64,000 nucleotides of DNA from Myxococcota bacterium (GTDB lineage: Bacteria > Myxococcota_A > UBA796 > SXON01). Every line of letters starts with the position of its first letter. Positions within the stretch are counted from its first letter, which is position 1. Under the pieces are notes generated by a model, which searched no databases, was not told the DNA's origin, and worked only from the letters and a program-made list of their open reading frames with translations. A program made the translations under genes and the position numbers. This document shows, piece by piece, positions 17,588 to 25,570 of this stretch. The DNA is taken from positions 64,001 through 128,000 of the forward strand of contig JAZKFH010000011.1 in the NCBI GenBank assembly GCA_040386535.1, given 5' to 3'.

Positions 17588-19516
17588 CTAACGGGAGATG
17601 CGCTTGAGGCTGGCGGTGTGGGACTTCACCGTCGTCTCCAGGCCGCTCACCGTGGTGGCGAGCTCTCGGAAGCTGGCGGCGGAGGTGCCCTCCCCCACCG
17701 CGGCGGCCGCGGCGGTGTAGGCGTCCCGGAACACGATGTCGGTGTCCACGGCGCCCGCGAGCTGCTCCGCGAGGGCGGCCTGCACACGCGCGGCGTCGAC
17801 CACGATGCCCTGCGCATCTACGAGCTTCACCATCGCCACGGCGGCGTCGAGCACGGTGGTGGCGGACACCGCCGCGGCGAGGCGCGCCGCGGTCGCGTCG
17901 ACCAGGCGGGCGCGATCGGCGGCGGTCAGGCTCGCGTCGACCCGCACCACCGCCGCGTCCACCACGGCGGCGCGGTCCACCCGCGCGGCGGCGTCGGCCG
18001 CGGCGGCGGCGATCAGCTCGGCCTGGGGCACCTCCGCGCCGCGCGCCGCGGCGCGCTCGACCGCCGCCTTGGTGACGCGGGCGAGATCCAGCGCGTCGAC
18101 CGCCGCCGCCACCGCGCTGCTCTCCAGCGGCGCCGCGGCGATGTTGGCGGCCCCCCAGGTCCGCGCGTCGCGCGCCGCCGCGGCCGCGATCCCCGACACG
18201 TCGAGCCGCCCCAGCGCCGCGTCGACCGCCGCCCGTTCGAGCTCCGCGGGGTCGAGCGCCGCCGCCGCCTTGTCCGCGGCGCCGCGGGCCGCCGCTTCCA
18301 CACGCTCGCGCACGTTCGCGACGGTCCACGGGGCGAGGAGCGGCGCCAGCACGTCGGCCGCGACCGCCTGCGTGTCCACCGACGCGGCCGCGGCGGTGAT
18401 CTGGGCGCGAAGGTCCGCTTCGATCCGGGACTTGTCGACGCGGGCGCCCGCGGCGGCCAGCGCGGCGTCCACCACCGCCGCGGCGTCGACCGTGGACACC
18501 GCCTCGCGCGCGGCGGCCTCGACGTGGGCGCGCACCGCGTCGACCTCGAAGCGGCCGTACACCGGGCCGAGCAGCTCGGACTCGAGCTTCGGCAGGTCGA
18601 GCGCGGTGATCGCCTTGTCGGCGGCGCTGCTCACGCGGTCCCGAATCGCCTCGCGCGTGAACCGGTCCAACACGCCCGCGAGCGCGGTGCGCTCCAGGCC
18701 CGCCACGTCCACCGACGCCACCGCCACTGCGGCGCGCTCCCGCACCAGCTCGGTCAGCTTCTCCACGTCGAACCGCGCGAGCAGCCGGGCCAGGGCGCGA
18801 TCCCGGATGCCGTCGGCATCGACCCCGGCGACCGCCGCGGCCACCGCGTCGCGCACCTTCTCCTGGATCGCCGCCACGTCCGTGTCGGCCACGAGCCGCT
18901 CCGCCGCGGCCGCCGCGATGGCATCGGCGTCCACCCGCTCTGCGAGGGTGGCGGCGAGCCGCTGCGTGATGCGCTCCAGCAGCGTGCCCGTGTCCGCGCG
19001 CTCGGCGGTGGAGGCCAGCAGGCCGGCGCGTGTCAGCGCGTCATCCAGCGTGTCCAGCGTGACGACGTTCGCGACGCGCCCGGCGAGGCGGTTGAGCTCC
19101 TCCGTGAGGCGCGCGTCCACCCCGGCCAGCTGCGCGGTCAGCGGCCCCAGGTCGACCGGCGCCACCGGGGGCGGCGCCCCGCCGGCTGCGAGGGTGGTCA
19201 ACGCGGCGTCGAGCCGGTTCAGGCGCTCCTCGAGCGCCGCGGCGCGCTCCCCGAGCGTACGCTCGGCGTCCACGCTCGCCAGGAGCTTTCCCTCTAGCTC
19301 GGCGATGCGCGTATCGGCCGCATCGAGACGCGCTCGGAGGGCCTCCGTACCGTCGTCATGCGGTGGAGCGATCGGAGGCGGTACGTCGGGAACACACAGC
19401 GCGCCGACCACGCCGACAAGCACGTTCCAATCGCCCAGACCGGGGGGACGAGACCAATCCGTCCGCACGAGCGGATCGAGCCTCGAACGCAGGGCGGCGG
19501 TCTCGATCTCCGTCAT
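17588..19516 (-). CDS. Ala/Val-rich helical or coiled-coil repeat protein, first gene of the eCIS operon
   Basis: ATG 19516 (MTEIETAALRSRL), a heptad segment (LRARLDAADTRIAELEGKL...LEERLNRLDAAL) and recurring VD/LD..A(V/I)... units. Its stop abuts the next ATG. Confidence 0.8.
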   Translation of the reverse strand: MTEIETAALRSRLDPLVRTDWSRPPGLGDWNVLVGVVGALCVPDVPPPIAPPHDDGTEALRARLDAADTRIAELEGKLLASVDAERTLGERAAALEERLNRLDAALTTLAAGGAPPPVAPVDLGPLTAQLAGVDARLTEELNRLAGRVANVVTLDTLDDALTRAGLLASTAERADTGTLLERITQRLAATLAERVDADAIAAAAAERLVADTDVAAIQEKVRDAVAAAVAGVDADGIRDRALARLLARFDVEKLTELVRERAAVAVASVDVAGLERTALAGVLDRFTREAIRDRVSSAADKAITALDLPKLESELLGPVYGRFEVDAVRAHVEAAAREAVSTVDAAAVVDAALAAAGARVDKSRIEADLRAQITAAAASVDTQAVAADVLAPLLAPWTVANVRERVEAAARGAADKAAAALDPAELERAAVDAALGRLDVSGIAAAAARDARTWGAANIAAAPLESSAVAAAVDALDLARVTKAAVERAAARGAEVPQAELIAAAAADAAARVDRAAVVDAAVVRVDASLTAADRARLVDATAARLAAAVSATTVLDAAVAMVKLVDAQGIVVDAARVQAALAEQLAGAVDTDIVFRDAYTAAAAAVGEGTSAASFRELATTVSGLETTVKSHTASLKRISR

Positions 19517-19523
19517 GACCGCG

Positions 19524-19552
19524 AGTGTATCGAAACGCGCCCGAAACGTCAC
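19524..19552 (-). promoter_or_regulatory. Candidate sigma70-type promoter giving a leaderless eCIS transcript
   Basis: The minus strand reads GTGACG-17 nt-TACACT-7 nt-ATG(19516), with no Shine-Dalgarno before the ATG. Confidence 0.45.
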
Positions 19553-19835
19553 CGTTCGTAGACGTAAGTTCCGCGAGAACGTCGTGCGGGCGGCGGCTCC
19601 CGGGCGGGTGCGGCGGCGAGGAGTGCGATGGCGTCGACGTCGCAGCGGGCCGGCACCGGCGCGCCCGGCCGGCGCGATCGGGGCGTCGGGAGGGCGAGGT
19701 GTTGCGCGGCCGTCGGCGCGGGGGGTTCGGGGGGGGGCTTCGCCGCGAGCCGGCGGTGGTGACCGCGGGCTCTCGAGCCCCCCGCCGACGCCCCAATCGC
19801 GGCGTTCGGCGGGGGGCCTGACCGCGGGGTCAACG

Positions 19836-20085
19836 GTCATGTCCCCCTGAATGCACGCGGCACGGAGTCATGCCGGGTTGAATGCTCGGATCCAGGTCGC
19901 GACCGCCCACGGGATGCCGAAAAACGCCCGTTGTTCCGTGGAGGCAGCCGTAGGGCAGCCCTGAATTGGGGGCATGACGCTGATTCAGCGGCGTTCAGGG
20001 CGGCATGAGTCCGGAATAGCGGCGTTGAGGGGGGCATGACCCCGGATCTCCCCGCGCTCGTGCTCGCGGGCGGAGGGAAGCGGTT
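19836..20085. repeat. Dispersed fold-back element, family A, copy 1
   Basis: Starts GTCATGTCCCCCTGAATGCACGCGGCACGGAGTCATGCCGGGTTGAATGCTCGGATCCAGG, near-identical to 35958 and 54321. The imperfect inverted arm GCGTTGAGGGGGGCATGAC ends at ~20040. Confidence 0.9.
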
Positions 20086-20470
20086 CAACGTCGCGATGGC
20101 GGCGCGAGCCGGACGGGCCTGACGGACGGAAGCGAATCACACACGTCGGACCCGACAGAACGGGCGTCACGACCCGCACCGAGGCCCGTTGTGTCGGGTC
20201 GGACCCCGCCTCGCGGGAGCGGGCGGCGCGCCTGCTTCTCTCGGGCCCATCACCACGGCTCCCGCGCCAAGGGCGCGGAGGGCAGCCGCCCCGGGCGGCT
20301 GGTCCGGCCGGGCGGGCGCGCGGGCCGATCGCCACCACGACGCAGCCTCGCCCGGACGACCAAGCGGCTCCGCCGCGCGCCCGCAGCCGACCTGGCCCGC
20401 GTCCGCGCGGGGGCGCCCTGCGGGGCCGGCTACCCGCCTCCGGTCGGCCATCCCCACGGATCCTCGCGCA

Positions 20471-20720
20471 TCAGCCGGCCCCCAGGGGGAGCACCGCGCC
20501 GAGACCTCCCACCCACGGGGGGCTCCAGCGTACGGCGCCGGTCCGCGTGTCGAGCGCGTGCAGCATGTCCCTGCCGCCGACGAGCAGCAGGGCTCCGACC
20601 ATCGCCCCCCGGCCCACCGCGGCCCCGTTGAACGTGGCGACATCGGTGCCCCCGCCGTCGGGCGCCGGGACCCGCCAGCGGCGCGTGCCCCTGGCGTCCA
20701 CCGCCTCGATCCACGGCGGC
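20471..20720 (-). pseudogene. Remnant of a PQQ-type beta-propeller repeat protein
   Basis: WIEAVDARGTRRWR...LLVGGRDMLHALDTRTGAVRWS gives two PQQ-like blades with no credible start codon. Confidence 0.5.
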
Positions 20721-20840
20721 CGTCTCCGCGCGGGGGCTCGCGTGGCCGCCCCCGCCGCCCACGCGTGCGTCGAGCGCTGTCTCGAGGGCGTGGGGTTGCT
20801 ACGAATCGTGTCTTCCGCCCCCCCACCGCCTCCCCCCAAC

Positions 20841-20856
20841 TGGCACGCCCCTTGCA
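20841..20856 (+). promoter_or_regulatory. sigma54 -24/-12 promoter
   Basis: TGGCACGCCCCTTGCA matches TGGCAC-N5-TTGCA and ends 12 nt before ATG 20869. Confidence 0.75.
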
Positions 20857-20868
20857 ACAACATCCGAC

Positions 20869-21615
20869 ATGCTCCTCCTCCTCGTCTCCGTGGCCGCCGC
20901 CTTCGATCCCGCGATCCCCCGCGCCGCCCGCTTCGCCGCCACGGACCCCGCGGCCGAGCCGGCCGCCGCGTTCGCCGACCACCTGCTCGCGCCCCTCGGG
21001 ACCGTCGTCCGTACCCAAATCGACGGCGGCGAGCTGTACGCGGATCGGATCGAGCGGCGCGTCCGCTTCGCCGGTGTGCAGCCAATTCTCGGTGTCCCCT
21101 GCGCGGGCGGGGCGTACGCGCTCGAGGTCGGCCCCGGGATCGATTCAGTCACGCGGCGCGGCGGCTCGACCTCGGCCTGGGGATGCCCGCTCGCGCCCGA
21201 CGCCGCGGCCGCGTGGGGCCTCCCCGTCGGCACCATCGTCGAGCTCCGCGTCGGCGACACCACGCTCGACCGCATCGTGCTCCCCCCGGAGGCGACGCTC
21301 GTCGTTGACGCACAGCGCATCGGCGCGCTGCCGTGCCGCGGCGAGATCGACCTCTTCGGCGCGGTCCTCGGCCGGTGCGAGCTGGCGTCCGCGCGACGCC
21401 TGAACGCGGTCGACCTCCCCGCGGGCGCCATCCTGACGTTCCTGCCGGAGGGGCGCCTTCACGACGCGACCATCCCCGGGCGCACGGTCGTCGCGGCCGG
21501 CCGCACCTGGGGCCCCGAGTACACACCGTGCGGCGCGCTCTACCTCCGCTTCGACGAGGCGGGCCAGATGGTGCCACCCCAGGCCGACCCGTACGGCGAG
21601 ACGTGTTGCATCTGA
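20869..21615 (+). CDS. Hypothetical secreted protein
   Basis: Hydrophobic N-terminus MLLLLVSVAAA, coding-type GC3, several Cys residues and an upstream sigma54 motif. Confidence 0.75.
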   Translation: MLLLLVSVAAAFDPAIPRAARFAATDPAAEPAAAFADHLLAPLGTVVRTQIDGGELYADRIERRVRFAGVQPILGVPCAGGAYALEVGPGIDSVTRRGGSTSAWGCPLAPDAAAAWGLPVGTIVELRVGDTTLDRIVLPPEATLVVDAQRIGALPCRGEIDLFGAVLGRCELASARRLNAVDLPAGAILTFLPEGRLHDATIPGRTVVAAGRTWGPEYTPCGALYLRFDEAGQMVPPQADPYGETCCI

Positions 21616-21829
21616 CAAATCTGCCAACAAATCGGAGTCCGCGCCGACGCGACACAGGAGTGGGGGCGCGCCCCGCCGCGGACGGCGGGTCGGGTGTCCT
21701 CCGGGGTCGCGGCAAAGCCGCTCCGTCACCCGCCTGCGCGGCGGCCGACCGGGGCGGGCCGCTACGATCGGGCCGGCTTCGGCCTCGGCGCGCCCGCCCC
21801 GCCCTCCGGCCCCCCTCGCGCGGTGTCAC

Positions 21830-22003
21830 CTCCCACCCGGCGAGCGTGCGCGCGACCGCGAAGTGGATGTAGGCGTCATCGAGGGGCAGGACGACCGCGC
21901 CGCCGATGGTGCGGTGTGTCGCCTCGAAGAGCGCGGCCATCCCCAGCGCGGTGAGGGCGAGCGCCGTGCCGGGGGCGCGCCAGGGGGCGGAGGCGGACAC
22001 GAC
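21830..22003 (-). pseudogene. N-terminal fragment of a GT-C-type membrane glycosyltransferase
   Basis: A TM helix followed by PLDDAYIHFAVARTLAG (DDAYI motif after TM1); the frame then degenerates into low-complexity sequence. Confidence 0.55.
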
Positions 22004-22060
22004 GCGCGTGTACCGCGCTCGCCCCGGCGGCACGGCGGGCGGCGCGGCCCTCGGCGGCCC

Positions 22061-22399
22061 TCAGCGACAGTCGGCGCTGAACTCGCGGATGTCCACCGTG
22101 ACGAGCGTGCCGCCGGGGTGCGACGCAAACATCTCCGCGACGAACCGTTCGGCGCTGGTGCTGCGGGCCGTGGCCGGCGCGTCGGCGCGCACCTCGAAGC
22201 CGCCCTCGCGGGCGTTCGGGTAGACGTATGTGTCATACAGGTACCAATACTCGAGCGCGCGGCAGGCGCCGGGATTCAGATCGGCGAAGATGGCGCCGAC
22301 TTCCTGGTAGTTCTGCGTGATCTTCACGCGGACCTCCGGGTTGATCTCGGCGGCGGCGGGAGGGGTGGCAGAGAGCGCGAGCGCGAGGAACAGGGACAT
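22061..22399 (-). CDS. Small secreted protein (paralog of 22492-22857)
   Basis: Signal peptide, then Q...EVGAIF...EYWYLY...HPGG. Confidence 0.75.
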   Translation of the reverse strand: MSLFLALALSATPPAAAEINPEVRVKITQNYQEVGAIFADLNPGACRALEYWYLYDTYVYPNAREGGFEVRADAPATARSTSAERFVAEMFASHPGGTLVTVDIREFSADCR

Positions 22400-22491
22400 G
22401 GGGCTCCGTTGGTGGACGGCGAGGGGTGGGCGATCAGATGGCAGATTTGGTAGCGGCGGCCGGATGTGTCAGCGGGCGACTTCCGGATGTC

Positions 22492-22857
22492 TCAGCGGGT
22501 GGTCTGGCGGGAGTCGAACTCGCGGGTCTCGGTCGACCACGACTCCATCAGGCGGCCCTTCGGGTGGGCCGCCCAGGCGGCGCGCATCCACACGTCGAGG
22601 TCACGCTCGGCGTCGGCCGCGGGCCGGAGCGCGAAGCTCGCGTCGGTGCGCACGTCCACGAACGCGAAGCCCTCGTAGAGGAACCAGTATTCGACGTAGT
22701 GGGCGGGGTCCTGGCCCGCGGGCACGAACACCTCGCCGGCCTCGCGGCCGCCTTGGTACAGGACGAAGTCACCCGGGTCGATCTGGGCGGCGGCAGGAGC
22801 GGACTGAAGCCCCGCGAGGGCGAGGACGGCGGTGAGGAAGAGACGGGAACGGGTCAT
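22492..22857 (-). CDS. Small secreted protein (paralog of 22061-22399)
   Basis: Signal peptide ending AAAQ, then Q...EAGEVF...EYWFLY...HPKG. A GAGG Shine-Dalgarno lies upstream of ATG 22857. Confidence 0.75.
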   Translation of the reverse strand: MTRSRLFLTAVLALAGLQSAPAAAQIDPGDFVLYQGGREAGEVFVPAGQDPAHYVEYWFLYEGFAFVDVRTDASFALRPAADAERDLDVWMRAAWAAHPKGRLMESWSTETREFDSRQTTR

Positions 22858-22879
22858 GAACACCTCTGTCCTGGAGCAG

Positions 22880-22895
22880 TGCAGGACCCGTGCCA
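22880..22895 (-). promoter_or_regulatory. sigma54 -24/-12 promoter
   Basis: The minus strand reads TGGCACGGGTCCTGCA (GG-N10-GC) ahead of the paralog pair. Confidence 0.65.
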
Positions 22896-23046
22896 GGGGT
22901 GACCGTGCCCCGGGGCACGGGGGGAGGCCGATCTTTCGCGCGCTACCGGTGGCGGAGGGCGCGCGGGAGGTGCGCGCTCATTGCGCGCGCGTGAATACCC
23001 CCCGCCTCCCGACGTACCACCGCCCCCCCAACCCCAAGGGATCCCC

Positions 23047-24057
23047 ATGCCGTACACCCTCCTCCTCCTCCTCGCCGCCTGCACGGGCGCCCCGACCGAC
23101 ACCGACAAGGACGCCGACACCGCTGGCGACACCGACACCGCCACCCCGGTCGACGCCGATGCCGACGGCTCCCCGGTCGAGGAGGACTGCGACGATGCCG
23201 ATGCGACCGTGAATCCCAGCGCCCCAGAGGTGCCGTGGGACGACATCGACAATGACTGCGCGGGCGGCGATGACCGGGGTTGGCTCGACGTGTCCGCGGT
23301 CGGCTCCGTGGCGTGCGGGGTGGACCGTGCGGGCGCCGCGCGCTGCTGGGGGGATGTCGACGGGCGCGGGTTGGAGGACATCCCGGCGGGGCCGTTCACC
23401 CAGATCGCGCTCGGCGACGACTTCGCCTGCGCGCTCGACGCGGCCGGGGTGGCTACGTGCTGGGGGGCCGACCCGACGCTCTCCGGCGAGGCCTTCGCGA
23501 ACATCGACGCCGCGGGGGCCCACCTCTGCGGCGCGCGGCTCGACGGGAGCGTGGAGTGTTCGTTCGACGTCTCGCCGGACGGCCCCGTCGTCGCCGGAAC
23601 CTGGTCCTCGGCGGCGGCGGGGATGGCGTACGCCTGCGCCCTGGATGCGAGCGGTGGCCTCGACTGTTGGAACGCCGGAATCGGGGGTGGCAGCGACTTC
23701 GGGCAGGCGGTGGCGCCGGACGGCCAGTATGTCGCCGTCGACGCTGGCCCGTACCATGCGTGCGCCCTCACCACGGCCGGCACCGTGACGTGTTGGGGGC
23801 TCGACAGTGACGGCCGCACGATCTCCCCCGCCGGGGCGTACACCGCGCTCTCCGTCGGCGGCGAGCACGCGTGCGCCGTCGACGCTGCCGGCGCCCTGAC
23901 GTGCTGGGGGTCGAACGGGTACGGGCAATCGGACGCCCCCGCCGGCCCGTTCGCGTCCGTGTCGGCCGGCAACAACCTGTCGTGCGGCCTGCGTGTCGAT
24001 GGGGCGGTGGCATGTTGGGGGGCGAACGGGGATGGGCAGTTGGAAGTGCCGCGGTGA
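23047..24057 (+). CDS. Lipoprotein with a putative metal-binding (MopE-like) motif and RCC1/BLIP-II repeats
   Basis: LLLLAAC lipobox; DCDDADATVNPSAPEVPWDDIDNDC; repeated AG..HACAL...G.V.CWG.N..GQ. Confidence 0.9.
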   Translation: MPYTLLLLLAACTGAPTDTDKDADTAGDTDTATPVDADADGSPVEEDCDDADATVNPSAPEVPWDDIDNDCAGGDDRGWLDVSAVGSVACGVDRAGAARCWGDVDGRGLEDIPAGPFTQIALGDDFACALDAAGVATCWGADPTLSGEAFANIDAAGAHLCGARLDGSVECSFDVSPDGPVVAGTWSSAAAGMAYACALDASGGLDCWNAGIGGGSDFGQAVAPDGQYVAVDAGPYHACALTTAGTVTCWGLDSDGRTISPAGAYTALSVGGEHACAVDAAGALTCWGSNGYGQSDAPAGPFASVSAGNNLSCGLRVDGAVACWGANGDGQLEVPR

Positions 24058-24087
24058 GGTGGAGCGCTCGCCTCCGCTTCGGGCGGC

Positions 24088-24423
24088 CTACCGGCGTGCG
24101 CCACACCCTCCGGTAACCCTGGCGCCGTCCACCACGAACGGCGGCCGAGCGTCCGCGCGTTTGGTGGCACGGTGTGTACCCGTGACCGTGACCTCCTTCC
24201 CATCGCAGTCCCGGAGGAGGCTCCAGAACGCGAGCAGGTCGGCCTGCTCCTGCCGTGGCATCTCAAGGGACACCACGCTGCCGTCCCCAAACACGAGGGC
24301 CGCGCCGATGTTGACCCGGTCTTCAGCCGGGCTGGCTCCGTACCCCGGTGAGCCGTAGCGCCATCGCCGCTCGAGGGTGCCGGTGAGCACGTACCGGGTC
24401 GTCGCGCCGCCCCCTCCTCCCAC
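24088..24423 (-). CDS. Possible DUF4431-like small beta protein; start uncertain, may be truncated
   Basis: VLTGTLERRWRYGSPGYGASPAED...GKEVTVTG looks protein-like, but there is no clear signal peptide or start. Confidence 0.4.
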   Translation of the reverse strand: MGGGGGATTRYVLTGTLERRWRYGSPGYGASPAEDRVNIGAALVFGDGSVVSLEMPRQEQADLLAFWSLLRDCDGKEVTVTGTHRATKRADARPPFVVDGARVTGGCGARR

Positions 24424-24484
24424 CGAGGCGCCCTCCCTGTTCGGGCGCCCGCTCCAGTCGCCCCCCTCGGGTTAGTCGCGTCGC

Positions 24485-25045
24485 ATGTCGCTCCTGCTCA
24501 CCCTCGCCTTCGCGTGCGCCCCGACCACCCCCGCCCCCGTCGAGGTCGCGGCTCCGGCTCCTGATTTTCCCATCACCGCGCTGCCCGCCTGCGAGCTGCT
24601 CCCCGCGGGCACCGACATCGACGTGCGGTCCGGCTGTGCGCTTGGCGTGTGCCCGGACATGACCTACGCCGAGTTCACGGCGATCCTCGGCGAGCCGGAC
24701 GACTGCGACCCCACGTTCAGCGACAAGATCGAGTGTGTGTGGGCCGCCGGGGTGTCCGCCAACTTCACGGACGCCGACGGGGACGAGCTCGTGGAGGACA
24801 CGTCCACGAATTCGTTCGTGTACGTCGAGGATCCGGGGCTCGCGTCGCCGGAGGGGCTCGGCCTCGGCGTGAGCCTGCAATGTTTCTTCGACCAGCTGGG
24901 CCTCGCGGAGGACGTGTCCCTCGACATCGACGAGCTGGAAGGGGACACGTACTTCGTCGAGGGCCTCACCTACGCGTTCGGGCTGTACCTCCACGCCGAG
25001 GCGGACGGACGCTGCGACCACTTCGGGATGACCGGTCCCGACTGA
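24485..25045 (+). CDS. Acidic, Cys-containing lipoprotein
   Basis: LTLAFAC lipobox; GVCPDMTYAEFTAILGEPD; coding-type codon bias. Confidence 0.8.
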   Translation: MSLLLTLAFACAPTTPAPVEVAAPAPDFPITALPACELLPAGTDIDVRSGCALGVCPDMTYAEFTAILGEPDDCDPTFSDKIECVWAAGVSANFTDADGDELVEDTSTNSFVYVEDPGLASPEGLGLGVSLQCFFDQLGLAEDVSLDIDELEGDTYFVEGLTYAFGLYLHAEADGRCDHFGMTGPD

Positions 25046-25153
25046 CGACAAGCTGCTCACAGGGCGCGGGCGGCGCCGCCCTGGGCGCCGGCGGCCCCGA
25101 TGCGGCGGAGACCACGGCTGGTTCGTGGTGGGGCCCGATGCCACGCGCGGACG

Positions 25154-25312
25154 ACCGTCCGAAGTCCAGGGATGCACACCCATCCCTCGACTTGTGACGG
25201 ATATACCGGCCGAAGTCCAGGGATGCGCGGTCATCCTTCGAGTCTGGACGGACATAGCGTCCGAGGTCGGAGGATGCAGGTTCATCCCTCGACCTCGGAC
25301 GGAACCGAGGTC
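25154..25312. repeat. Three 51-bp tandem hairpin units
   Basis: CCGA(A/G)GTC..GGATG-6 nt-CATCC.TCGA at 25159, 25210 and 25261; a related single unit lies at ~35759. Confidence 0.85.
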
Positions 25313-25390
25313 CCCGAGCGCCGCGACGCCGAGCGACGCCACCACATACCGCCCCCAGGGGCGGCCGAATTCGAAAAACCTCAACGAGCG

Positions 25391-25570
25391 CGCGCTCACG
25401 GGGCGCACCCCGCGCGGACGCGGGGCGGGCGCCTTGCGGGGTCGGGCTCGCGCCCTCCGTCGGCCGGCTGCGTGCCGGCCGACGGGCGCGGGCGGTCGGT
25501 TTCGGCGTGGTATCGAGGTCGGGCGGGGCCCGCGCCCCCCTCCAGCCGCCCTTGCGCGGGGAGGGGTCGT
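25391..25570. repeat. Dispersed GC-rich repeat, family B
   Basis: Its reverse complement recurs at ~36444-36768 and a partial copy (CCCCCTCCAGCC.CCCTTGCGCGGGG) at ~26670-26700. Confidence 0.8.

Noticed and set aside
13665..18329. Apparent 1554-aa giant sheath protein
   Set aside because: The first ~910 residues are an off-frame read of upstream genes; the sheath signature begins at ATG 15596 behind its own Shine-Dalgarno.
1..19516. Prophage or T6SS interpretation
   Set aside because: No capsid, portal, terminase or integrase, and no TssB/C, TssJLM or ClpV, is visible; the single-gene sheath and gp19-type tubes fit an eCIS.
66..19850. Long plus-strand ORFs over the eCIS region (e.g. 66-3056, 5461-8898, 17736-19850)
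   Set aside because: They are antisense shadows of real minus-strand genes in very GC-rich DNA; the translations are R/A/G/P-rich with no motifs.
20356..20386. Short motif GACCAAGCGGCTCCGCCGCGCG shared with ~45271
   Set aside because: Only two ~22-bp GC-rich copies were seen, too little to define an element.
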